A stretch of 32,000 nt of DNA. Source: Candidatus Thorarchaeota archaeon. GTDB lineage: Archaea; Asgardarchaeota; Thorarchaeia; Thorarchaeales; Thorarchaeaceae. Both the position numbers and the translations under genes were made by a program. A model generated the notes under the pieces. That model did not search any database. It worked only from the letters and a program-made list of their open reading frames with translations, and was not told the origin of the DNA. The stretch covers positions 12,136 through 44,135 of the forward strand of contig PRDJ01000006.1 of assembly GCA_003345555.1 (NCBI GenBank). The letters are read 5' to 3'. The stretch's first letter is position 1. The number at the start of each line of letters is the position of its first letter. Below are positions 16,896-24,079 of this stretch, piece after piece.

Positions 16896-17963
16896 ATGGA
16901 TGGAATCAAGGTGGCCCTATTCGGCATAGGTAACTGCGCCAGTGCGCTGGTTCAAGGGGTTCAGTACTACAAAGATGCCAAGAACAATGGAGGTATCGTA
17001 GGTCTGAGCCACCCTGACTTCGCCGGTTACCACGTTAGGGATATCAAGTTCGTTGCGGCGTTCGACGTTACCGACCGAAAGGTGGGTGCCGATCTTGCAG
17101 GTGCAATATTCGCTGAACCGAACAACGTAATCCACTTCGCCGAGGTACCGAAGACTGGAGTCAAGGTCCTAAGAGGGCCTCTGCTTGATGGTGTTGATGA
17201 TAACCTCAGAACTCTCGTCAGGATTTCTCCTGCTCCAGAAGTTGATGTTGTAAAGGCTTTGAAGAACTCCGGTGCAGAAATAGGAATAAGCCTGTTACCG
17301 GGCTCCGCTCAGCAGGCCACCAGTTTCTATGCCAACGCTTGTCTGGAGGCCGGTTGTGCATTCATCAACGGCACCCCTGTGTCTATTGCATCGGACCCTG
17401 AGTGGGGCAAGAAGTTCAAGGAAAGAAAGCTCCCACTAGTGGGAGACGACATCCAGGATCAGATGGGGTCGACTGTACTTCATCGTAGCATACTACAGCT
17501 GCTAGTAGCTCGAGGAGTTCACGTGGACAAAAGCTATCAGCTGGACGTTGGTGGAGGTGCAGAATCACTCGATTCTCACTATCGTGGCCGTATGAGAAAG
17601 CGTGAGGTAAAGACTGCCGCGATTAGTCAGGACCTTCCGTACGAAGCACCGATGGTCGCCGGGTCATCAGACTACGTCAATTTTCTGAACAATGGTCGAG
17701 AGTCATACTTCTACATCACTGGGAAGCAGTTCGGAGGAGCCCCCATTACCATTGACATCCGCATGGAGGTAACAGACGGCCCCAATGCAGGTCAGGTACT
17801 GATGGATGCTATACGAGGTTCAAAGCTAGCACTGACGAGGGAAATCGGCGGTTCTCTTGAGTCAATATCTGCTTATGGATTCAAGAAGCCTCCAGTACCC
17901 ACAACAATGCACCAAGCCGAACGCTGGGTTGAGGAGTTCCTACTTGGGAAGAAGCGGCTCTGA
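16896..17963 (+). CDS. myo-inositol-1-phosphate synthase (Ino1/MIPS) family protein, divergent in catalytic-domain motifs
   Basis: GIGNCASALVQG, YHVRDIKFVAAFDV and IASDPEW match the short archaeal/actinobacterial MIPS; the C-terminal motifs deviate (see findings). Confidence 0.85.
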   Translation: MDGIKVALFGIGNCASALVQGVQYYKDAKNNGGIVGLSHPDFAGYHVRDIKFVAAFDVTDRKVGADLAGAIFAEPNNVIHFAEVPKTGVKVLRGPLLDGVDDNLRTLVRISPAPEVDVVKALKNSGAEIGISLLPGSAQQATSFYANACLEAGCAFINGTPVSIASDPEWGKKFKERKLPLVGDDIQDQMGSTVLHRSILQLLVARGVHVDKSYQLDVGGGAESLDSHYRGRMRKREVKTAAISQDLPYEAPMVAGSSDYVNFLNNGRESYFYITGKQFGGAPITIDIRMEVTDGPNAGQVLMDAIRGSKLALTREIGGSLESISAYGFKKPPVPTTMHQAERWVEEFLLGKKRL

Positions 17964-18365
17964 TTCGGAAAGCCAATGGTTTCCGATATAGTTGTCAATG
18001 AGCTTTCTTAGTTCATTCAATTCACTGACGACTCGGAACTCAGTCTCCTTCCCTACTTCCTCGAAGATTTCATTGTAATGTATCAGAGTATCGTACTCCT
18101 TTCTCAATGTTTCCTTTGCCTGAGCTGTCGTGGCTGACGGATCAAAAAGGACAATGAGACTCTCTGGCTCGAAATTCACCACCAGAGCGCGATCGACATA
18201 TGTGACCTTCTTGCACTGTGGACACACTGCTCGGTTCAACTTCCCCGACTTGACTTGGGGTGCCATCTTTCCGTCTTCTGCCAGGTCAATGTGCTCAATG
18301 ATCACCGCTTCGAAGATCTTCTGGCACTTTTCGCACTTTATCTCAATCAGCGTGGTCCCGGGCAT
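17940..18365 (-). CDS. CpXC-domain (zinc-ribbon-like) protein
   Basis: IKCEKCQKIFE...GKLNRAVCPQCKK pattern; GGTGAG precedes ATG 18365. Confidence 0.75.
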   Translation of the reverse strand: MPGTTLIEIKCEKCQKIFEAVIIEHIDLAEDGKMAPQVKSGKLNRAVCPQCKKVTYVDRALVVNFEPESLIVLFDPSATTAQAKETLRKEYDTLIHYNEIFEEVGKETEFRVVSELNELRKLIDNYIGNHWLSESEPLLPK

Positions 18366-18407
18366 TTAGCTCACCAGAGTCTAGTGGCCTATCACTTCTA
18401 TTGTCAC

Positions 18408-18995
18408 TTAAGAATTATGACTGTCCCCTGACTTGTCTTCCTTGCTGTCGTATCTTCTTTTCAGGAGGAAGCCCATTATGAGAGCTGTGAGTACAAGGGA
18501 CGCTAGGATTACCGGCGCACCCTCAAGAAGACCGCCGGCAACGTACCCAATTAATGCCCCAGCCGAGGTGACTGTGACTTTGCCTGCGAAATAAGTGAGA
18601 ATAAACTTGACAATGCTATACCTTGTGAGTGCTGTGTAGACAACGACTGGGTCGTCTGGGAAAGGTGATGCAGCAGCAAGGAACAATGCGAGCCCGCCCC
18701 ATTTTTCTGCTCGTGCTTTCTCCAGATCCACTGATTTCAGCAGTCTCTCAGACATTGCTTTTCGAGAGAACCGCACGATTCCATAGTGTACTGTCTTTGC
18801 TAGGGTTGCTGCCACCGCAACGATGACCCCAATTGCCAACCACACCATCGAAGGCATCAATACTGCTGCAACCCCAGCAAGAACCATGTTGCTTGGGCTG
18901 AGGAATGGAATCATGTTGATTATGAAACAGGCCAAGAGGAGTCCAAGGTACCCCTGAAGTATCAGCTGTGTTATTATCTGGAAGAAATCCTGCAT
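18408..18995 (-). CDS. DedA/VTT (SNARE-associated) family membrane protein
   Basis: Several transmembrane helices, IPFLSP and AASPFPDDPVV...RYSIVKFILTYFAGK motifs. Confidence 0.75.
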   Translation of the reverse strand: MQDFFQIITQLILQGYLGLLLACFIINMIPFLSPSNMVLAGVAAVLMPSMVWLAIGVIVAVAATLAKTVHYGIVRFSRKAMSERLLKSVDLEKARAEKWGGLALFLAAASPFPDDPVVVYTALTRYSIVKFILTYFAGKVTVTSAGALIGYVAGGLLEGAPVILASLVLTALIMGFLLKRRYDSKEDKSGDSHNS

Positions 18996-19099
18996 TTTGC
19001 TCTCGCTCAGGCACTCTTTTCGGGCATGGTCGAGCCAGAGGTAATGGACTCGTTCAAGTATACGGACACAATCGTCTATGCTGCATGTGACTGGAGTGA

Positions 19100-19519
19100 C
19101 TACGACGGGACTTTCTCTATGACGACGTTCTTCACGCCCTCGAGGCCCTTAAGGGAGCTACGCAGTTCGTCGAGCCCAATTGAGAGCTGCTTCGGCGAGA
19201 AGTAACACTCATAGAAGCACTTCGTTCCTCGGAGGCAGACGCCAGTTGAGTACAAGAGGTCCACTAGCCCTGACTTCTTGAATATCTGCGATAGCTTTGT
19301 CAGAAAGTCATTGGTTAGCTTTCCGATTTCAAGTGAAAGAAAGCTCACCTCATCCGTTTCCAGAGGATAGATTCTGATCAATCGGTCCTTGTGTGCCAGA
19401 ACCATTAGTCCCTTGCTCGTACCTAAAGCTGTCTTGAATGCCTTGGGGAATCGAACAGTGTCGCTTTCGTCAAAAACCAGTACCCGGCCGGATGTGGCGC
19501 CTTCGTAAGTGCTTGGCAT
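19100..19519 (-). CDS. AbrB/SpoVT-like N-terminal domain + ACT-like C-terminal domain, putative regulator
   Basis: DESDTVRFPKAFKTALG...IRIYP resembles an AbrB repeat, and the C-terminus ending LKGLEGVKNVVIEKV is ACT-like. ATG 19519 follows GGTGA; the track's TTG at 19576 is an alternative. Confidence 0.55.
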   Translation of the reverse strand: MPSTYEGATSGRVLVFDESDTVRFPKAFKTALGTSKGLMVLAHKDRLIRIYPLETDEVSFLSLEIGKLTNDFLTKLSQIFKKSGLVDLLYSTGVCLRGTKCFYECYFSPKQLSIGLDELRSSLKGLEGVKNVVIEKVPS

Positions 19520-19585
19520 CTTATCACCCGTATCAGTGCCCGTGACATGGCGGATGTAATTGTCTAAACCTACCAACTATGTTAG

Positions 19586-19602
19586 TCCAATATAAACAAA
19601 GC
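19586..19602. promoter_or_regulatory. Candidate divergent TATA element between the AbrB-ACT gene and the split Cas4 locus
   Basis: CCAATATAAACAAAG, sharing the AATATAAAC core seen at 2471. Confidence 0.45.
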
Positions 19603-19694
19603 GCCACTGGACTCACGTCTAGGCCTCAATAACAGCCCGAGTATGGTGCCCCTTTTCAGAGTTCGCGCCGAACGACAAAACAGGAGTTGATTGT

Positions 19695-19985
19695 CTGTCC
19701 GCTCCAGAATCATCCCGAGCCGAGCACGAATGGCGAGACGTTACACAACTCAGAATCCAATTCCTCTGTGAGTATCGCCTCCACCTGGAACAAATGCATG
19801 GTGAGATTCAGACGAAAGCCGCTTCAGTTGGATCTTGGTTACATGAGACGGACGACAGAATGCCCAGAGGGCGTCTCGGACTTCGCTTTGTTCTTGCCTT
19901 TCTGCTTATTGTATTGGCTCTCGTTGCACTGATTATGTTCTTGAGGTGGTGGCAATGGTGGCTATCGATCTGCTCGCTACTCTGA
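19695..19985 (+). CDS. Small protein: Cas4-like N-terminal segment plus C-terminal transmembrane helix; probable CTG start
   Basis: The frame of the track's 19794 ORF is open from 19623 and reads ...WRDVTQLRIQFLCEYRLHLEQMHGEIQTKAASVGSWLHE...RFVLAFLLIVLALVALIMFLRW. This matches the Cas4 N-terminal C...G..xH motif followed by a TM helix. AGGAG at 19682-19686 is 8 nt before CTG 19695. Confidence 0.7.
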   Translation: MSAPESSRAEHEWRDVTQLRIQFLCEYRLHLEQMHGEIQTKAASVGSWLHETDDRMPRGRLGLRFVLAFLLIVLALVALIMFLRWWQWWLSICSLL

Positions 19986-20626
19986 TTCTCCTGCTTCTTA
20001 CTGCCGGAGCATCTATCTTGCTGCTCTCGTCTTCAGACAGACGACTTCCGAGATCGTGCACACGAATTCTCAGAGAATCTGCGATTGTTCAGGAGCGCAT
20101 CGACGACTTTCTCAGAAACGGAGCTAGAGAAGGATGTACTGACAAACATTACTTGCTGAGAGAACAGATGGTCTACTGTCCGAGTCACAGCTTCAAGGGC
20201 CGATTCGACCAAGCCATTTTCCGTTTTGATGAGACGCCCACCCTTGAGCTGCTGATTGAAAGGAAGTTTCCGACGCGGCACTTGCTAAAGAAGGGTAGAC
20301 CTGAGGATTTCTTTCAGGCCGCACTCTACTCACTGGCATTGGCTAGCAAAGGTGTCAATTGTGAACCCACTCTCCTTCTAATCATATACTGCAAGCAGAG
20401 AGATGCCTCTGACTGTGCAAGAAGGCTGATTCCGTCAGAATGTGCGGCCTGCAGGAAAGGCCGTACGTTCTCCAGAAGGTACAATCCAAGAGAAGTGCTA
20501 AAGGCACTGCGGAGGCTTGATGAGATATGGTATGAGGGCCGATCGCCTCGTGCATCTCCCGCGGCAGATAAGTGCGCCGGATGTCCCCATGGAAAGGCGG
20601 GACATTGCGAATATTCGGCCGCCTAG
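19955..20626 (+). CDS. Cas4/RecB-like PD-(D/E)xK nuclease core with N-terminal transmembrane helix (solo, non-CRISPR)
   Basis: Hydrophobic N-terminus, KGRFD (motif II), IERK (motif III), FQAALY (QxxxY) and C-terminal KCAGCPHGKAGHC. GAGGTG at 19943-19948 precedes ATG 19955. Confidence 0.82.
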   Translation: MVAIDLLATLILLLLTAGASILLLSSSDRRLPRSCTRILRESAIVQERIDDFLRNGAREGCTDKHYLLREQMVYCPSHSFKGRFDQAIFRFDETPTLELLIERKFPTRHLLKKGRPEDFFQAALYSLALASKGVNCEPTLLLIIYCKQRDASDCARRLIPSECAACRKGRTFSRRYNPREVLKALRRLDEIWYEGRSPRASPAADKCAGCPHGKAGHCEYSAA

Positions 20627-20663
20627 CAAAAGAGTCATCTTGGTGAGTTGTGTCAGCGAGACT

Positions 20664-21092
20664 ATGCATGAACTAGCAGGCTTCCTTACACGTGTTATCG
20701 AATCAAAGAGGCGGCTGAAGGAGGTCTACTACACGACTAGGGACGAGGATACAAAGGCAGATGTGAAGGAGCTCGTGGCAGCTACAATATCTGCTCAGAA
20801 GGCTGCCGAGACTCTCCTTAGCGAGTGTGGCAAGGCTCGGCTGGCACGGAAGGCCCTTGAGGACCGAAAGGCGGAACTGGTCCTGAGGATGTGGTCGACC
20901 GGCCTGCCTGAACGAGTAACCGATTACGCGTCCAGACAGAGGAAGCTTGAGCAGCAATACGTGCACAAGTACCAACAATCTCTCATGGAGTACATTCAGG
21001 ATCTTGTGAGAGAAATGACAAGCTGGCTGGACGACATCAAGACGTTGAGTAGTCTTCCGAGAGTCCCACGAGAACAGAAAGCAAAGCAATGA
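20664..21092 (+). CDS. Hypothetical all-helical protein (about 142 aa)
   Basis: Long charged helical ORF 37 nt after the Cas4-like gene. The track's upstream extension overlaps the Cas4-like gene, so the start is uncertain. Confidence 0.65.
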   Translation: MHELAGFLTRVIESKRRLKEVYYTTRDEDTKADVKELVAATISAQKAAETLLSECGKARLARKALEDRKAELVLRMWSTGLPERVTDYASRQRKLEQQYVHKYQQSLMEYIQDLVREMTSWLDDIKTLSSLPRVPREQKAKQ

Positions 21093-22178
21093 CTACCAGC
21101 GTAGCGTGGCCGCCATTCCGCCCAACCCACGGAGCTGTGCTCCTGATTCCGTCTGACTTGAAAAGACCATCAGTTCAGTTCCGAAGTTGGAGACTTCCTG
21201 CATGAGATTATCTGTTAAGTCTGGGCTATCTTCGAGTATCAACAGCTTCTGTACCCGACCCGCTTTGAGGGCTTCTAGGACTTCATTCTTCCCGTAGGTG
21301 ATTGTTGACGAGCCTTTCATCAGGTTTTCAAGAAAGCTGTCCCAAGCCTGCCGTTCCGCGTAGATTTCCGTCTCTCTCAGGATTCTTGAAGCTTCTTTCA
21401 TGGCTTCGTACAATCCAAGCTCATCGATCTGGCTCACCGAGATTACGGTCTCTGCAACCTTCTGTCTAAGACGGTAGTCTAGTTCGCCTTTTTCTAGGAA
21501 CTCCTGAGCCCTAATGGTGTTGCCACCGACGACGATGGCGTCAATGTTTGTGATATTCGGCAGAAGAAGCTCATTCAATAGGCGACCCACATGTTTGAAG
21601 AAATCAAGCATCAATCCATCTCGGATATGTTCGTATCTTCTTGCACTTTGCCCGCCTGCCCTTGTTTTCCCGATGATATAGTAGTCCTCATCTCGTACGA
21701 GCTCCATATGCTTGCCGCGCAAGTATCCGATGGTGACCTTTCCTCCTTCAATAAGCACAATGACAATGAGGCTCTTCGGCTGGGTCATTGCCAGGAGCTC
21801 ATCGACCACAAACTCTCGACCACATATGTAGACGAACTGTGTGAGGGGGGCCGGAGGCACAAGGATCTCTCTGATTTCGTGAGCCGTTCCTCCTCCCTCG
21901 GCTTCTTGGATTCCATAGAAGAAGGCAATACCGTTTGGCGGAACTGAGAACTGACGCTTTGTTAGCTCACTGAGAATGGCCGTCAGATTGTCAGCAACAT
22001 TCCTCCTGTTGACTCTGCTCTTGATGTTCTCACATCCAGCAAGCTCTGCCCTCACGAAGCTAATAACATCTGCAAGGGCCTTGGTTGGAGGAATCGTAAG
22101 AGTTGTGAATGAGCTCTGCCTTCCCTTGTATGCCTTCAGTTCTGCGAGTTTACGTTTCAGTTGGTACCGGTCAACCAT
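21093..22178 (-). CDS. prf1: Archaeal peptide chain release factor aRF1 (eRF1 family), divergent
   Basis: NIKS, YICGREF and AGGQSARRY motifs plus a C-terminal L7Ae-like domain ending GGMAATLRW. MVDRYQL at ATG 22178 is the likely start. Confidence 0.9.
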   Translation of the reverse strand: MVDRYQLKRKLAELKAYKGRQSSFTTLTIPPTKALADVISFVRAELAGCENIKSRVNRRNVADNLTAILSELTKRQFSVPPNGIAFFYGIQEAEGGGTAHEIREILVPPAPLTQFVYICGREFVVDELLAMTQPKSLIVIVLIEGGKVTIGYLRGKHMELVRDEDYYIIGKTRAGGQSARRYEHIRDGLMLDFFKHVGRLLNELLLPNITNIDAIVVGGNTIRAQEFLEKGELDYRLRQKVAETVISVSQIDELGLYEAMKEASRILRETEIYAERQAWDSFLENLMKGSSTITYGKNEVLEALKAGRVQKLLILEDSPDLTDNLMQEVSNFGTELMVFSSQTESGAQLRGLGGMAATLRW

Positions 22179-22565
22179 CAATAGACATCCACTTCCTGCC
22201 TTGTCGGATGGCAGAACCACGAAGAACAAGGAGGCGCATCCAAGTGCTCATAGAGAGGTCGCGGGGGCACTCTATTTTAACGTTATGCCACTGACTTACG
22301 CGATGTACCGTGGAGATTGGTCTGCATGGTCTGAATAGGGGAGCAGATGCCGAATACATCTTGAAGATAGTTCCAGTGTTTTGGTCCCGAGCATGATAAG
22401 GTTAAAAAAGGGCCTGTCACACTCCCCAAATCAAGGGTGCGAAAGGAATGTGGCCCTGCCAATTTACAGCGGTCTCATAGGATACTTGTTCTCAGCTGGG
22501 AATAGGCTTGGTAGGGTTTACTACTCGCACTACTGGCGAAAGGAGCCTGGGGTTCTGGTTCACAT

Positions 22566-24074
22566 ATGAGCGAACACTTGACAGAAGGAGAACGATCAGT
22601 TCTTGCTGAACTGATATCGGCAAACCGGATAGTCACGGTGGCTGAGCTTGCTGAGCGATTAGGTGAGAGCGAGCCACGCATTGTCTCAATCTTGATGTCG
22701 CTATCTGTGAAAGGTCTCGTAACCATCGACACCCAAGAGTCCACTGTCCTCTCGCTGACAGAGGAGGGCCGCGGCTATGCGAAGGATGGTCTACCTGAGG
22801 TACGGCTCTTCAATGCAGTCAAGAACCTGGGCGGAAAAAGCGAATTGGAGAAGGCAGTAGCAGCCGCGGGTCTCACACCCGTGTCGAAAGGCATAGCTGT
22901 TAACTGGGCTAGGCGGAATGGATGGATTAAGGTATACCGAGTCGGCAGTGACTCCGTTCTCGAGACCCTCGTTGCCAAGGCCGTGTCACCTGTCATCGAA
23001 GTGCTCAGTCTTCTTCAGAGTGGCCAAGACCAAGTGCCTTCGCATCTTCAGCAGGGTCTTGATCAGGCTACGGAACGGTCTCTGGTCACGCCCAAGACCA
23101 TCAAACGCCATGCGTCGCAGGTCCGGGGTGAAAGCCAGAAGCTTGTTCAGGATTTGTTGGCACAGCAGCACGAAGGGATTGGGGACCTTTCTCCTGAGAT
23201 TCTGGCGAGCGGTACTTGGAGAGGTAAGTCCTTCAAGCCTTATAATGTCGAGATCGAGCCTCCGTTCTGCAACTACGGCAAGAAACATCCGTATGCGGAG
23301 TTCACCGACTGGCTAAGAGAGATTCTCGTCGGACTCGGTTTCTCAGAATGGTATGGGCCTTATGTTGAGACAGAGTTCTGGAACAATGATGTTCTGTTTG
23401 TACCGCAAGACCACGTGGCTAGAGATGTGCAGGATCAGTTTCGTGTGACACAGCCATTCGACCATGGCCTAATCCTCGACAAGGGATACTACGCGCAAGT
23501 AAAGGCAGTCCACGAGAATGGAGGCGACACGGGGTCTAAAGGATGGGATTGGCCGTTCAGTAGTGAGGTATCATCTAGGCTTTGCCTGCGCTCTCATACT
23601 ACTCCTGTCTCAATGAGGTTCCTCAGTCAGCATCGGGAGTCTCCGCAAAAGATGTTCATCGTCGACAGGAACTTCAGGGCCGAGAAGATAAACCCGCGAC
23701 ACGCGCAAGAGTTCGACCAGTGCGAAGGTATCATTATGGACAAGCGTCTGACCCTCCGAGACTTGATGGGATATCTGACTGAGATATGCAGAAGAGCCGG
23801 CGTGGAGAAACTGAAGTTCAAGCCGGGACAATTCCCTTTCACAGAACCAAGTGTTGAGACCTTCGCCAAACATGAGACTCTCGGGTGGTTCGAAGTGGCC
23901 CCTGGAGGGATATTTAGACCTGAGGTGACCCGGCCACTAGGGATCAAGGATTCTGTGCTAGCTTGGGGGATAGGTGCCATGAGGTTGTACATGGCATCTA
24001 TGCAGATATCCGACATTCGGGAAGTCCTGTCGAAAGACCTCAGCTGGCTTCGTCGACAGTACTTTGTGAGGTGA
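22566..24074 (+). CDS. pheS: Phenylalanine--tRNA ligase alpha subunit (archaeal type)
   Basis: N-terminal winged-helix region, QDHVARDVQD, LRSHTT, HAQEFDQCEG, FPFTEPS, GIFRPEV and AWGIG. Confidence 0.97.
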   Translation: MSEHLTEGERSVLAELISANRIVTVAELAERLGESEPRIVSILMSLSVKGLVTIDTQESTVLSLTEEGRGYAKDGLPEVRLFNAVKNLGGKSELEKAVAAAGLTPVSKGIAVNWARRNGWIKVYRVGSDSVLETLVAKAVSPVIEVLSLLQSGQDQVPSHLQQGLDQATERSLVTPKTIKRHASQVRGESQKLVQDLLAQQHEGIGDLSPEILASGTWRGKSFKPYNVEIEPPFCNYGKKHPYAEFTDWLREILVGLGFSEWYGPYVETEFWNNDVLFVPQDHVARDVQDQFRVTQPFDHGLILDKGYYAQVKAVHENGGDTGSKGWDWPFSSEVSSRLCLRSHTTPVSMRFLSQHRESPQKMFIVDRNFRAEKINPRHAQEFDQCEGIIMDKRLTLRDLMGYLTEICRRAGVEKLKFKPGQFPFTEPSVETFAKHETLGWFEVAPGGIFRPEVTRPLGIKDSVLAWGIGAMRLYMASMQISDIREVLSKDLSWLRRQYFVR

Positions 24075-24079
24075 ACGCA

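Noticed and set aside
19847-19985. Programmed -1 frameshift fusing the two Cas4 halves
   Set aside because: The frames would allow it, but I see no X-XXY-YYZ slippery heptamer, and ORF B has its own SD (GAGGTG) and ATG. A two-gene model is simpler; not fully excluded.
19600-21092. CRISPR-Cas locus suggested by the Cas4-like gene
   Set aside because: No repeat-spacer array and no cas1, cas2 or effector genes anywhere in the window; treated as a solo Cas4-like nuclease.
21093-22178. Stop-codon reassignment or selenocysteine/pyrrolysine read-through
   Set aside because: All three stop codons end full-length family members here, and no gene shows conserved sequence continuing past an in-frame stop.
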